Source: Anthoceros angustus (lineage: Eukaryota; Plantae; Anthocerotophyta). From it: 64,000 nucleotides of DNA. The stretch covers positions 2,480,001 through 2,544,000 of the forward strand of contig MU008159.1 of NCBI GenBank assembly GCA_010909165.1. Direction: 5' to 3'. The first letter of the stretch is position 1; each line of letters opens with the position of its first letter. This document shows, in pieces, positions 37,001 to 52,272 of this stretch. The translations under genes and the position numbers were made by a program. The notes under the pieces are model-generated. The model was not told where the DNA came from. It searched no databases and saw only the letters and a list, made by a program, of their open reading frames with translations.

Positions 37001-37899
37001 TGCTTGTTTATCAAGGCTTTAACGGCATCGTTGTCCACCGCACTCACCGCGCCCGGATCGGACCCTGCACCTCATCATGGTTAGAACACCACCCCCTTGC
37101 AGAAATTGATTGCGCCATTCGAGATCAAGTGCCTGTGCGTCGGTCGGCGCTGTCCGCTGCCTCTGCCGGCTTGTCCGGCCCCTTCCACGATTCCCACTTT
37201 CCCTTCTTGCAATCGCTGCCACCGCCCGGCCCTCGAAAGGTTGCCTCCCCTTGTCCCCATGCTTAAACACCTGCCAGCATGCCAGGTGCTCCTGTGTTAC
37301 CCGTTTGTCCACCATGCCCACTCATCCGGCCTGCAAACTTCAGAACGTGTGCACACTTTGCCAGCGTCACTTGCCGGCAAAGTGTGCACTTGGTGTGCAC
37401 ACTTTGCCAGCATCACTTGCCGTTAAATCGACTCCGCGACAACCAACCTCATCCGACGTAAATAGCTCCTCCTCTATGTCGTTCAATTCTTGCACGCAAT
37501 GCTCCAACTCCGCATCCGTCGGGTGGGAGGTTCCAGATCTCGGCGTCGTCAAAATCAACTCCTGTTCAGACCATCTCGCCTCGCCTCTTACCGCGAGTCT
37601 TGATGAGGAGGCCGCTTCTTGGTCGCCGATGTCGAATGAAGACCGCGGTGGTGCGGGATGGCCCCGGCCGAGGCGGTTGCCCCCATCCTCCCCACCCGGA
37701 TCGGTCCATCGTCGTCGCCATCGGCCGCGCCCGGCTTGTCCGGCCTTCCGATTCCACTTTCCCTTCTTGCAATCGCCACCGCCGCCCTCCCTTCCAGAGA
37801 CTTGTCCACCGCCTTCGTTCCATGCTGAAGGCAATGGCTTCCCTCTCGGGTGAAAGGCGCCAGGCCATGAGTCCGGCGCATTCAAGACAGCCATTTTGA

Positions 37900-40800
37900 A
37901 AAAGCTTGTTTTGCAAAGGCCGGCGGTGGTCATTTACTGCTATCGGCCGGGACCGGTACTGTGCACTTGCTACTTGCCCATCATCACAACAGTTTTCTGA
38001 CCACAACCTCGACGGTGGAGCAATTTTCATGTCCCATTGGTTACGTTGTGCGTTACTCGTGATGTATGATATTGCCCAAATGGCGCGCTCTCAATGCCCC
38101 CATTACTCCATTTTAACAGGAATCATCGACTTCCTCTGACCATTCCCACACGTCACTTGGGTATTGGCACATTCCGCCATTGGATCGTGCTTGTTTGTTT
38201 GGAAATACTTTAATGCCCACTTGGCATCTTGGTTTTGCCCCATCCGTTCACTCAAACGACATGCCACAATCTATGTGCCGGTAGCATGGGTTCCTCCTCT
38301 CTCCATCCCTCGCCGGAGTAGGCACGGCCAAGGCCCACCCTGTTTCCATCCACTCTCCGGATGCATCATGCCGAGTTACTGCGATGGCCACACAAATGGA
38401 CCATCGATGGAGTGCACCACATACCTAAACCTTCTCGTATTCACAAGGTCAAACCCGTGTACGACTTCCGTGATGGCCTTGTCCCTCTGGCCGACACTCG
38501 TACCATCCAACCTTCAACGGATTATACTCCTCGAAGCGCATCCAGATTTGCTCTATGTGGCCGTAGAAGACGCGCTCCTCTTGAGCTCCCGCAGCCTGTC
38601 CCACCCATGATAAACTTTGCGCTGCACTATCTTTTGTGCTCCGCCGTTTATGCGCCTCCGCTCGAGGTGGCTGCCTTTGTTCCACATGTGACTATGTGCC
38701 GGTGCAACGCGGGCCATCCATTATAGCCCTCACTTCGTGGGTCATAGCAGATGCCCCTCCCAAGCGCTCACCGCCTTCGTGCACCCACCTCTTGAAACTT
38801 CGTCGTTCCTCATGTGCACCGTACATCCTCACCTCTTCGTCGTACATGTCCAAAAGCGGCTGCATCACCTTCGTGTGATACATAAGTATGGGCTGGCGCA
38901 CCTCAACGGCATCCATTGTGTGACGGACACCCAACTTTTCTCCCACACGGTCCTCGGGACTCCATGATCCACCGACGTGACCATAATGCGGAGGAATGAC
39001 ATGCCGAAATGCATACTCTCCTCTCTCATATACCCCACGGCTATCTGGACTCTGGTTTGGCGCCGTCCGCTGGATCCTAAGTATCTCTCCACCGGGTACA
39101 TCCACAGTGTGCTGGGCCAATCACCACCTCGTCCACTAAATGTATTATGAGGTGGGTTGATATATCAAAGACCTTTGGAGGAATTGCTTTTCCAGAGCAC
39201 ATCACCCGCTGACCTCTTCTCGTTGTGCTTGAATTTCATGGCCGGTTGCCCCCATCCTCCCCACCCGGATCGGTCCATCGTCGGCCGCCGTCGGCGCGCC
39301 CGGCTGGTGTTCGCGCCCGTCGACTGCAAGCCTCACCGCCATCTCCACCTGTGAACGGTTGTCCACCGCCTTCGTTCCATCTTTGAAGGCAATGGCTTCC
39401 TCTCGTGAAAGGCGCGGGCCATGAGTCCCTATCGCATTCAAGGCACCATTTTGAAAAAGCTTGTTTTGCAAAGGCGGTGGTCATTTCACTGCTCGGCGGG
39501 ACCGGCTGTGCACTGCTACTTGCCCATAATCACAACATTTTCGACCACAACCTCGGCTGTGGAGCAATTTTCATGTCCCATTGGTTCGTTGTGCGTTACT
39601 CGTGATGTATGATATTGCCCAAATGGCGCGCTCTCAATGCCCCCATTACTCCATTTTAATGTCATCGACTTCCTCGACCATTCCCACACGTCACTTGGGT
39701 ATTGGCACATTCCGCCATTGGATCGTGCTTGTTTGTTTGGAAATACTTTAATGCCCACTTGGCATCTTGGTTTTGCCCCATCCGTTCAACTACTCAAACG
39801 ACATGCCACAATCTATGTGCCGGTAGCATGGGTTCCTCCTCTCTCCATCCCTCGCCGGAGTAGGCACGGCCAAGGCCCACCCTGTTTCCATCCACTCTCC
39901 GGATGCATCATGCCGAGTTACTGCGATGGCCACAAATGGACCATCGATGGAGTGCACACGGAAACCTTCTCGGTATTCACAAGGTCAAACCCGGTATACG
40001 ACTTCGCGATGGCCTTGTCCCTCTGGCCGACACTCGTACCATCCAACCTTCAGGGTGGATTATACTCCTCAAGCGCATCCATGATTTGCTCTATGTGGCC
40101 GTAGAAGACGCGCTCCTCTTGAGCTCCCGGCAGCCTGTCCCACCCATGATAAACTTTGCGCTGCACTATCTTTTGTGCTCCGCCGTTTATGCGCCTCGCT
40201 CGGTGGCTGCCTTTGTTCCACATGTGACTATGTGCCGTGCTTGCAACGGGCCATCCATTATAGCCCTCACTTGTGGGTCATAGCAGGATGCCCCTCCCAA
40301 GCGCTCACCGCCCTTCTGCACCCACCTCTTGAAACTTCGTCGTTCCTCATGTGCACCGTACATCCTCACCTCTTTCGTACATGTCCAAAAGCGGCTGCAT
40401 CACCTTCGTGTGATACAGACATAAGTATGGGCTGGCGCACCTCAGCGGCATCCATTGTGTGCAGACGGCCGACACCCAACTTTTCTCCCACGGTCCTCGG
40501 GACTCCATGATCCACCGTGACCATAATGCGAGGAATGACATGCCGAAATGCATACTCTCCTCTCTCATATACCCCACGGCTATCTGGACTCGGTGGGCGC
40601 CTTGTCCGCTGGATCCTAAGTATCTCTCCACCGGGTACATCCACAGTGTGCTGGGCCAATCGCCTCGTCCACTAAATGTATTATGAGGTGGGTTGATATA
40701 TCAAAGACCTTTGGAGGAATTGCTTTTCCAGAGCACATCACCCGCTGACCTCTTCTCGTTGTGCTTGAATTTCATGGCCGGTATTGTCCATGGCAAATCC

Positions 40801-42300
40801 ATCTGCGATCGACCCAATTTCACAACCGCCTTGTACACCTCCGGGTCTATGCACCCCGAAGGACGATGGGAAGATGATTTCCGGCATGATGTGCGATCAT
40901 GGCACTTCAAGCCCCACACCCCTCTAATTTCGCTCCTATGTTAGACCCATAGCCTGGGCAGCTTTATGCGTTTAATTCTCTCTATGACTTGGAGGTCGTC
41001 TTTCGCCAAAGCGTAAGGCGCCTCGGGGCAATGGCGATCCTCTCCTACCACAACCACCTTTTCCCTCCATTGGCTTCCATGTCCATCCTTGATGCTAGGT
41101 CGTCTCGCTCTCCCATCAAAGTGTGCCATATGGCCTCTGCATTGTTCTTTTCCACGTGCATGACATCCTTTGGCGCTAACACAAGCAGGTGTCGCCAATA
41201 TGGCAGCACCCTAAACAGGGAAGACATCCGCCGAGTTCCAAAATTTCCTCGCTGACGGATCTCGGCTGGTGTCGCACCTTCTCTGCGTACCATATCTGTC
41301 ACCACATCATCAAACGTTGGTGGCCTGGGTGGGGGACGGAGTTCCGCCCGTCCATCGTACCAGTCCATGTCTTCCCACCGTCCGCTATCGCCTTCTGGCA
41401 ACCACCTCCTGTTGCCAACATAAATCTGCTTTTTTAACTGATGAGAATAGCGGGAATCCAGTCCAGCCAGCAATCCACACACGCCGGGTCCCTTTCACTT
41501 GCAATCCAGTCAGGGTGCCCAACCCTGGGTAGTCGGCAATGACGTTGACCCGCACCCTAAAATGCCTCCTAGGATCGTTCACGGTATTGAAAAGTCTTCC
41601 ATGTCCACCCCTCTCCACAACTCTTCCGGTTCTTCTACCAGCGCCATATAAACATCAAAATTTTTACCATGCCCGGTACATACAATGAGAGGCATGATGA
41701 CATGGGCGTCCTTTGTGCAAGCCGAGGCATGTTGTGAGCGAATAGCATAACTGGCCATATGGACGTGTTGGCGGACACAACCAGGGTTGAAGCCGTCGGC
41801 ATAATGCCAACCTCAAGTTGCGAGGTTCATCCCGAACCCTTCAAGCGCATCAAATACTCTCCATGTTGGGGTGTCGCCATCATGGACATGTCCCCATTCT
41901 CGCTTTGCCTCCCGACGTACCAAGTCATCATCATGCTATTTAGGCATTCAACATGCGTTTCAATCGCGTCTTAAGAGGGAAATGCCAGAGGACCTTGCGG
42001 GGAACAGCATCTCGCTCATCAAACCCTTCCTTGTACCGCGGCGTGCCACACTGAGGGCAATGGGCGCTGCCGCGTACTCACCCCGAATAGAATACAATCT
42101 TTTTCACAAGCATGGATTTTCACGTATCTTGGCCCAAACATGTACCTTGACTTTGCCTCGTACATGTCCTTGACTTGTTCGGGCAAAATATCCACACTTA
42201 AGAGCTTTAAAAGTGCGTCACGGCGTCACCGATGTCATACATCGTTTGCCACGCGGCAACAACGATGTTGCGCTTAGCTGCTTTCTTTCGATTGGACTTC
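37900..42300 (-). pseudogene. CACTA TnpD/Tnp2 transposase of element 2 (3' part present twice)
   Basis: ADGFNPG, SIWPVMLFAHNMP, IADYPGLGTLTG, LFRVLPYWRHLL..KDVMHVEKN, GLKCHD, WMYPVERYLG..IAVGYMREESMHF, FYGHIEQI. Confidence 0.92.
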
Positions 42301-44279
42301 CTCTTCAATGTGGTATAACGTTTGCCCGTCGACAAGCGGTATCTGGACTCCATCCCGCATCGCAACATCCGTGGCTTCCAAACTCGTCCACGTGTACGCC
42401 GGGCATATCATCACCTCCGAACCCTCATCCATACTTTCGTCGTCGGAACTACTAGTGTGGTCGGTAGGATGGCCACCGCTCGTTCCTGTCGGACCCATCG
42501 AGCCGTATCCGAATCCGTGGGTGCGGCCGTCAAGACGCTCTTCTATGCCGCTCGTGTCGCCGACCGCAAAAGCCACCTTAAAGCTAGAATTGGAGTGCAT
42601 TTGCTGGCCATTGATGCGAGAGAACTCACGGCCACCGGGTGCACAGGCGGTAGTAGCGGTGAATTCTTGAAATGTGTGCGGAATCGAGCCTGCGAGCTCG
42701 CGCGACACATGTGGCGGGGACAATACATGTACACCGCATCTGCATTTCGTGGCATCCTCCCGGTCGTGATCGGTAGGCACGGCAACCACAGCAAAGGTGG
42801 TACATCCGTTATCCGAACGCCCGTCCCCACGGTGTGCTATCGCGACCCATAAACACAGACGACACGTAGGACTGGAGCGTGCTTGCGAAACCATGGACGG
42901 AAGCACAAACGTCACTGCTTATGGAGATCCGCCGTCGTGATGACCCATCGGCGGTAAGTCGACCGATCGGGGCAAAGCGGCTCGAGCGATGCACGCAGCC
43001 GACATCGGGGCGGACAAGAACCTCGCCTCGGACATGAGCAGCGAATTTGCGCAGAGCCACCACCGTCTTCCAATCCCAACTCGGCGGCGAGCACGGTTGG
43101 CGAGCACGCCATCGGATGCACGCAATGTTCGGCGATGCGTGCGCTAGCGGCGGTGGAAGCTGCCGGGCGTTATGTCAGCGTGGTAGCCGACTCTTACGGG
43201 GCCGGAGATTGGGCGTAGTGTAGGGTGACACGCAATGGAAAGGGAGGATGTGCTGGCTAGCGGTGGTCGGCACCAGCGGTCGAGATGGTTGACACGTGTC
43301 GATCATTGCATTTGGGGATGCGTGTTTTGATTTAAAGTTGATTACACACAATCCAAAGTTCGACAACGGCCTTGATCGTCCTAAGCTTGCAAGCATATGC
43401 GAACAAAGCGTTCGGGAGGCGCCTTCCCCTTGGTGTAAACAACCTCCTTCATGTCCACTTCGTCTGACAAGGAATAGTGTTGAGCTCATTGTCTCAAAGT
43501 CTCATAGCTCCCATGTTGCGTCGCCATTCACTGAAAGGGCACGAACCCGGTGCCGCGAGTCGTTCCATCTTTGTCGTCCAACGCATCCCAATTCCATTCC
43601 TTGAAGTGTGTAGCTTGACCACGGTGGCGCGCGGACGTGAAGCCCCACATCGGCTTGTTCTATCCGAAGCAGGCGACTCAATTTGCAACCTCCTCCTTGG
43701 ATCGTGGCCTCTGCAGGTGTAGCTCCGAATGCGGTTCGCCTCTTCTTCCCATGGAGGAAATGGCAGGCTGGCACTCCGTCGGCGCCCGGATGCGTCGCCG
43801 CGATTGCTCCTCCACTTTCCTCTTGCCCTTCGCATCACCCGGGGCGGATCGGTCCCTACGGGAGGGTGGCGTGTACATCCCTTACCCTTCTCTCTCAATC
43901 TCCCTTTCGCCTTCAACTTCCGAGGCTTGCGAGCCAATCCTTGCCAATTCTCTCCATCGAGGTATGCAATGGACGGAATCTAGAGAATGCCTTGTGCATC
44001 TAGGAGGAGAGACAAGAGCTATAGCACCAATCACCATACTTTGTTTATTACGCGTGACTCGGAAGGGCGTGCAAGCGGTGACTTGTCATGTCGGTCAGCG
44101 GTATGAGCGGGCACCAAACCATACCCATCCATTCCATGCCGGGCGGGGACGGTCATCGAGTTTTATTGGGTGACGGCATGAGAAGTACACGTAGTGATCA
44201 AAGAAGAAGGACTTTCCCATCCCAGCGTTTAATTACGGTAATCATATACCCCACATTGTGAGGTATAAACCGTCCCTAG

Positions 44280-45255
44280 TCACCGACGGCGTGATCCGAG
44301 GCGGCAGAGCCAAGGCGGGCGGCACTCCATACCAGGTCCTTGATGGCCGACGGAGGAGAGCAACCTCCGTCCATCATCCTTGATGGCCATCGTCATTGAC
44401 GAGGCTGCAGCCCTCGTCCTTGATGGGCATCGTCGGTTTCCACCAGCAACAACGATGTGCAAACACTTCGCAATGATCCACAAATGAGCGGTGAGGGAGC
44501 GGAATGTTGCGGGTTCGTCACATGCGGATTCCACAAACACTTCACACTGCAGGCATGAACTTGCGGTTGGAGAAAAGGGCCAAACAAAAGTGTTCACATG
44601 CGGCGCCTCCGAGCACCAATCCATACCGTGTGCGGTCACACGAACACCATGCCGCACGGTAGAAGGGACCACCTCGCTAGAGAAGGAACCACCTCGCCAC
44701 CGAGCGGCAAGGCGTGAGGGATAGCAAGAGGAGAGCCCACGCCGTGAAGGCGGGGACACCGCGCCCAACATTCCCATATGATCCTTGATGGCCATCGGTA
44801 TTTCCAGTTAGGCGGTGAAGATGGAGACATGCACACACGCCTCGTCTTTGCGAGCTACCGGTGGATACCCACGGTGGTTTCGGAGCTCGTTGCGGCATAC
44901 TTGCACATGTCCGTCATAGACGGCACAAGGTAGAGCGACGGCGAGGCGTGTTTGTGGAAGACAAGCTCGCCCTCGGATGCGAAGATGACCAAAACAAAGG
45001 TAGTAGCGTGAAGCGAGGGCAAGGTGGTGACATTTAAAGCGGAACACGACCTTAGGCAGCCTCTTGTCCTCCAGGCCACATCGGGTTGCGGATGAGAGGA
45101 TCTTGAATTTCAGCCGTTCCTTACATGTGAGAAAAGGAGACATGGCGGTGGCATGGCGGCCGTCATCGAGCGATGGTTGGCGGTAAATTCATGGAGGCGG
45201 TGGCGCGCCGGGGGCAAGCAGGCGGAACACGAAGGTAGATGTCATGTCTCCCAAG
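44280..45255 (-). pseudogene. ORF-X homologue in element 2
   Basis: GDMTSTFVFRL..QPSLDDG..CGLEDKRLPKVVFRFKCHH..VNTFVWP..WIIAK, colinear with GDYVVAQAFRL..PPAFVDDEG..CGEDKTNRPWWVGCHH..MNTFVSP..CIIAK in element 1. Confidence 0.45.
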
Positions 45256-45740
45256 GTCCGGATATCGCTGCGGCAGTGCGGCGCGGTGGCGTCATCATTG
45301 GCGTCTGCCGGAAGGTGTGAATACATGACACGCTCGCCATGTGGCGTTTGATTGGTGGGCTGGCAGGAGTCTCGAGCGATGCACATCATTATATGGGAGA
45401 ACGCGAATTGGCATATATATGGCAAATTCACATACTGGCCGGTCCTTCATTCATGGCATAATGAATGGGGGCATTTAGTTTGCTTGAATGGCTCTCACGT
45501 GCCACCTACCGTCCTTGCACAATGGTGTAGAAGAAGCGGATGCGAAGATGGAGACATGGCGGCGTCAATGCACACGACCTTCGGACATGGCATGTTTTCT
45601 ACCATGCAGCTTTTCAAATATTAAAATGGCTTCACCACACCTTTCTTGGACAACGGTGGAGAAGACAAGTTTATGCGAGAGATAGGGAGCCATTGTCTTT
45701 GGTTCATGGCAGGTTGTACGAAGGCCATGACATTGTCATG

Positions 45741-45943
45741 AGTTAGAATTGCATGCGGAAGCGTCTTAAGCAAAGATGCTATATTAACAATGAATCAAGT
45801 GTGTTCATAGGTGGGCTTTTATAGGTGGTCTCGTAAGGGGTGTGTCCTTTCGCTAGCCTAGCTAACTACCTATACTAACTGCCAGGTCTAGCTGACTAAC
45901 CATATTGGTACAGAACCAACGTGGTCTGCTATTATTTCTAACT
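45741..45943 (-). repeat. Copia-2 3' LTR (termini AGTTAGAA...TTCTAACT)
   Basis: Direct repeat of 54181-54382; 8-bp terminal inverted repeat. Confidence 0.96.
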
Positions 45944-46164
45944 CTCCCTCTCAGACACGTTGCCGAGAGCTCGAACTAAGAAAGGAGGTCACTACTAAAA
46001 GCGCCGCCAGAAGGCTACCATCTTGGCTCTGTCACATCTTCTAGTCGCTTTTCTTGTGCGAGTCTCGTCGTCGACAACTCACGCAGAGAAACCGATCATG
46101 ACCAGGCGAAGCAAGTCTTCAACTTAAGTTATCTTCGTAGATGATGGAACAAACATGGAAAGCC

Positions 46165-49100
46165 TCACCAAATGAGTGATTTGTCTAGCGTCACATAGCT
46201 ACTACAATCTACAAGTCCGAGCCCTTCTCTGTGGAAACAGTGTTTAAACTTGGCAGAGACTTCACGTCGAACATCGAGTATTATCATCTGTTGATACATC
46301 GTATCTTCACTAAGCCCTCTCGTGACATCTCTAACATAATGATGTTGAATCTCAATGTGCTTAGTGCGGGCGTGAAACATGTGGTTAGAAACCGGGCGAT
46401 GGCTAACATCCCGATTAATAAGCGTAGGTCACCTTGTTGCATACCCAAGTCTTCGCATAACTTCCTTTCCTCTGCCTCCTTAGTGGCTTCAGAGAGCTTT
46501 GTACTCCGACTCCGTGGAAGATAAAGATATTGAGGCTTGTTTCCTACAAGACCAGTTTACAACAGTGGAGCCGGCGAGGAAGCAATAAGCCGATAGACTC
46601 TTTCGGGTGTCTGCATCGGAAGCCCAATCTGCATCGACATAGCAAGTCAATTGTAGACTCCTTTTTCCACTAGGCTTGTAGCAGAGACCATAGTTAGAAG
46701 TACCCTTGAGGTACCGCATAATTCTTTTAAGTGCTACCCAGTGATCCCTTCCTGGGTTCTCAGAGAATTGGGCCGTGCATTAATGATTAGATATACGGTC
46801 TTGTCCGGTTGCTAAGAAACATGAGAGTGCCAACCGCCATACGATAAGGTACACTCTCCATTTCCTTTTCTCTTCTCGGGTGGACAAGAAGATGAGGAGA
46901 GCTTAACACCACACTGGAGTGGTAGCTGCTCGTGCATTCTCCAAGTTGAACCTCTTGAGCATCCGGCTACATATCGACCTTGATGAAGGTAGATTGCTCC
47001 GTGGAAGATAAAGATATTGAGGCTTGTTTCCTACAAGACCAATTTTTATGGAGGCGAGGAAGCAATAAGCCGACAGACTCTTTCGGGTGTCTGCATCGGA
47101 AGCCCAATCTGCATCGACATAGCAAGTCAATTGTAGACTCCTTTTGCCACTAGGCTTGTAGCAGAGACCATAATTAGGAGTACCCTTGAGGTACCGCATA
47201 ATTCTTTTAAGTGCTACCCAGTGATCCCTTCCTGGGTTCTCAGAGAATTGGGCAACTGCATTAACAGTATTAGATATGTATGGTCTTGTCCAGTTGCTTA
47301 GAAACATGAGAGTGCCAACCGCCATACGATAAGGTACACTCTCCATTTCCTTTTCTCTTCTCGGGGTGGACAAGAAGATGAGGAGAGCTTAACACCACAC
47401 TGGAGTGGTAGCTGCTCGTGCATTCTCCAAGTTGAACCTCTTGAGCATCCGGCTACATATCGACCTTGATGAAGGTAGATTGCTCCGTGGAAGATAAAGA
47501 TATTGAGGCTTGTTTCCTACAAGACCAATTTTTATGGAGGCGAGGAAGCAATAAGCCGATAGACTCTTTCGGTGTCCGCATCGAAGCCCAATGCATCGAC
47601 ATAGCAAGTCAATTGTAGACTCCTTTTGCCACTAGGCTTGTAGCGAGACCATAGTTAGAAGTACCCTTGAGGTACCGCATAATTCTTTTAAGTGCTACCC
47701 TGATCCCTTCACGGGTTCTCGTGAGAATTGGGCAATGCATTAGATTAGATATGTCCGGTCTTGTCCGTTGCTAAGAAACATGAGAGTGCCAACCGCCATA
47801 CGATAAGGTACACTCTCCATTTCCTTTTTCTCTTCGATGCAAGACAAGAAGATGAGGAGAGCTTAACACCAACAGCACCTGGAGTGGTAGCTGCTCGTGC
47901 ATTCTCCAAGTTGAACCTCTTGAGCATCCCGGCTACATATCGACCTTGATGAAGGTAGATTGCTCCAGTGGACCTGTCTTTGTGTACGTGCATTCCAAGA
48001 ATGTATTTAACTTGACCCAGATCTTTCATTTCAAACTCCTTCGAGATCGCCTTGATCCGTTAACCAACTCCACATTGTTACCGGGATAACTAAGTCATCC
48101 ACGTATAACGCTATCAAAACAAGTGAGCTGTCCTTTGTAGCACATACAGTTAGTATCTGCTTCGCTTTGCACGAAGCCAATCTTCTTAAGATAAGAGTCA
48201 ATTCTCTTGTACCACAATGAGGACTTTGTTTGAGCCCATAAATAGAACGAAGGAGTTTACACACCTTGTGCGGAATCTCTTATCCTCATAATCCTCGGGT
48301 TGATCCATGTAGATCTCTTCTTCCAAGTGACCATAGAGGAAAGTCATACAACGTCCGGTGATAGATGTCCAAGTTAAGTTCAGACATAAAGCAAGGAGCA
48401 TCCTTATCGGTCGCTTTGACGACGGTGAGTAGACTTGATCGCCTTGATAGTCGACTCCTCTTTCGACTATAGCCCTTGGCCACTAGCCTCGCTTTATAAC
48501 GTATGCGGGCTCAACCTCTTGAAACTTGGTTTTGAGTACCCACTTGCACTTGATAGTAGTCCTTCCTCGGGGTAGATCCACTAACGCCCAAGTGTTATTC
48601 TTGACTAAAGAGTTATACTCATCGTCAACAGCCAGTTTCCACTTGTTAGACTCAGGTCTAGCATATGCTTCTTGAAGTGTGAGAGGATCTCCCTCTGAAA
48701 CAACAGAACTCATAGCAAAAGAATAGGCGGCTGGATCAAGATCAGTATAACCAGCTTGATTGAACTCCAAGTCAAATGGCTTCTCATTCCAGAGGTGTCT
48801 TGGTAGTCTCTGACGCGTAGGGTACCTACGCTCAGGAACAACGACTTCAGGTCTCGGGGGTGATGGAGGCGGTAAAGGAACGTCTGGAGCCGCTCCAGCA
48901 TGTATGTCCCCCAAATCCAGAGGCAGCTGTCCTTGTGCATCATCCATGGGCCGATCATATTCCCCCTCTCGAGCAGGAACCGGAAGAACCGGAACTGCTT
49001 GAGGTAAAGGAGCCATGGCGAGGGGCAGAACAGCCGTGAGGAAAAAGAAGGGCTTAAATCAAAGTGAGCAGAAATGTCGTCGATGGGCGGGGACTATTGG

Positions 49101-52100
49101 GGATAGAAGCGCATCATCATCCTCATCCAAAAGCGGACCCGGAGGAGAGAATGCTAGCCTCGTCGAAAGTGACAAAGCATAAAGCGAGTCCGAGTAGCCA
49201 CGTCAATCAACTTGCGCGATCCTCACCATAACCCACAAACACCGGCTTGGTGCTGGAAGAAAGCTTATCACTGAGGAGGGACATAGGCATAGCGGGAGGC
49301 CAAAGACGCGCAAATGGGTGATCAAGGCTTGTACCCATGCCAGCACTCGAAAGGAGTACGGCCAACAACGGACTTGGTCAGTAACCTGTTCTTGATGTAT
49401 CTTGTGAGACCTCACAAAAGACTTAGGCAAGCGAGACTGGGCTAACATAGCTCGCGCCATGGCCATGAGATCGCCATTGGCCTTCTCAGCAACGCCATTC
49501 TGAGCAGAAGTGTAGGGAACAGTGAATTGTCTCAAGATCCCACGCTCCTCACAGTAGTCTTTGAACTGATGGTTGTTGAGTTCTCCCGCATTGTCGGATC
49601 TGATGCACCGCAGCTTGCATCCAGTGTGCAACTCGGCCATAGAAACAAAAGGTGAGAACACGAAAGGTCACTCTTGAGACGGCGGAGCAAAGAGTAGCAG
49701 GAATAATCATCCACTATCGTCATAAAATGGCGTGCTCCGCCTAAAGAAGTAACAGGGAGAGGTCCACACAAGTCTACGTGAACTAACTCCAAAGGCTGAG
49801 AAGCCCTATGAGCAGGAAGACCAGAGTAGGGAGAGCTCCGCTGCTTGGCGAGCACACACGCTTCACAAAGAGGTGGTGTCTTGGCCAAGGAGGGCAACTT
49901 ATCTCGATACAAGTCCTGCTGAGTCATGGCAAGGAGCTTGGCAGGATTGAGGTGCCCAAGTCGACAGTGCCAAAGTAGGGCATTCCCAGATGGAGGGAGC
50001 CCAGGTGGTGAGACAACCTTAGAAGATGCTACCACTGCAGCAAGTGTAGTGTACACAGGGGTGCCAGTGAAGATGTAGAGATCAACTGCGGGCTGCCCTC
50101 TCGACAACTTGCCTTGGAGGAGGAGCGATAGAGAAAACAATCCTCACGTCCAAACTCCAGCCGAAAAGCTCCATCTAGCAGAAGTTGGCGAACGGAAATC
50201 AAATTCTTAGCCATCTGCGGGACGTGGAGCACACTATTTAGCACAAGGGAGGAACCATCCTCCGGTGTAGATATCCGCGGAACCAACTCCAAAGAATAGC
50301 AAGGCCGAGTCATCGCCCAATTGCACAAAACGTGGAGTGTCAGTTGTCGCCGTGTAGGAAGTAAACATGTGCTTGGAGCTGCAGATATGGGCGATGGAGT
50401 CCGGCAACGGAGGTCTGAACTCAAGCTACCAAGCACACGTTAAAGCAATCTCAGACTTGGACTGGTTCTTGGCCTTGGAGACGATAGCTGTATTAGCAGT
50501 CTTGATCTCACGCTTGGCCTCACCGGCTTTCTTCCTCCGCTCCGGTGGCGGGTGATCGACACCAATTGCACGCGTCCTTGACGCGTTTTGCGAGCTTGGA
50601 GGAGGAAGAGGCGGAAGGAGCCTTTGATGGCGGAGTTGTTGTTTCTCGGGGTTATTCCTCTCTTGTTGTTGATTTTGTGACCGTCCTCAGTCACAAACAT
50701 CACTCGCTCTCCACCATGTTTAGATGTGCCGGAGTTGAAGCGGGATGCCTCCTCCGAAGGAGTGCGCCGCCAAGCTCGGACTGATTAGGTGGATTGTCCA
50801 CCGCCACCGCTCGTTGTGAAGTCCGGACCGGTGGTTTTGGGAAGAGACGACGGCGATAACTAGCCGGAAGGCTAGCGGAAGCCAGACGACATCAAATTCA
50901 GACATTGTAGTCCCGAGTGCAGCCAATTGTGCCCGAAGGTACCTGAATCGGCTCACGTGATGGGCAATACTATCACCTTGTTGCATCCGAAGAGTGTAAA
51001 ACTCTTGTCGGATGGTGACCAAGGTCATCACATTCGTTGACTGATAGATGTCATTGATCTGCTTCCAGGCCTCTGCTGAAGTAGTCGCACCGTCGGTGTG
51101 ATGCAAGGTGGTTTCGTCAAGGCCAGAACCAGCATTTGCATGGCTTGACGATCTAACTTGAGCCACGCAACAATCGCCGACTGAGGTGCGGTAGACTTTG
51201 GGGAAACACCCTCCACCAGTGGGAGAAGATCGCGCGTGTTGACAGCCGTCTTCATCCGTCGAGACCAAATCTCATATTTGGTCCCGTTGAACCTATCTCT
51301 CTCTTTGAAGTCAGTAGAGACGTTCATAACATTAATTACAGGAGCCAGAGATGGCGGAGGTGGCGGTGGGGGTGGAGTGCCTCCTGACATGGTCAAATCC
51401 TTGGCTCCACAATTGTGTAAACGAGCAGCGAATGTGACACAAGGCTCAGAAAAACACAAGTGTAGTGTGAGCAAAAATTTTTCCAGGAGAGTTCAAAGCA
51501 AACACACTCACACCACCTACAACGCATCACCGGATCACGTGCTCCAAAATTGTTTTCGAGCACTCGCCCTATCAAAAATGGACTCAATGCGTCGAGCAGT
51601 TTGAACATTCACAAGATTAGTCTTGATGTGGGTGATCGCCAAAGATTTTGATAATGGAGAGGCGTTGCTCTGCGTAGCTTGGCTTGGGCCTCGTTGTACT
51701 TGAACTCCTTGTAGGCGGCTTCCAAAGTCTCGGCGGAGAGGACGATCTTGGTTCCTCATACTTGCTATGACGGTGTTGCGATGTCCGGTGTTGAAATCGT
51801 GTGTAGGAGGCACACTTGCAGCCAATTGTGCCCGAAGGTACCTGAATCGGCTCACGTGATGGGCAATACTATCACCTTGTTGCATCCGAAGAGTGTAAAA
51901 CTCTTGTCGGACGGTGACCAAGGTCATCACATTCGTTGACTGATAGATGTCATTGATCTGCTTCCAGGCCTCTGTTGAAGTAGTCGCACCATCGGTGTGA
52001 TGCAAGGTGGTTTCGTCAAGGCCGGAAACCAGCATTTGCATGGCTTGACGATCCAACTTGAGCCACGCATCGCCGGAGGTGCGGTAGGCTTTGAAACACC

Positions 52101-52272
52101 CTCCACCGTGGGAGAAGATCGCGTGTTGAGAGCCGTCATCCGTCGAGACCAAATCTCATATTTGGTCCCGTTGAACCTATCTCTCTCTTTGAAGTCGAGA
52201 GAGGCGTTCATAACATTAATTACGGGGAGCCGAGAGATGGCGGAGGTGGCGGTGGTGGAGTGCCTCGACATG
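46165..52272 (-). pseudogene. Copia-2 gag-pol (frameshifted; gag x2, RT/RNase H junction x3)
   Basis: DFKERDRFNGTKYEIWSRRM; LWHCRLGHLN..CEAC; HVDLCGP, IVDDYS, RSDNAGE, PYTSAQNGVAE; KCKWVLKTK; LRSIYGLKQSP; LYVDDL; YVDADWASDADTRKS; HARTKHIEIQHHYVR. Confidence 0.94.

Noticed and set aside
20933-52272. Programmed ribosomal frameshifts in gag-pol or transposases
   Set aside because: Frameshifts are numerous, scattered and differ between duplicate copies, so they reflect errors or decay.
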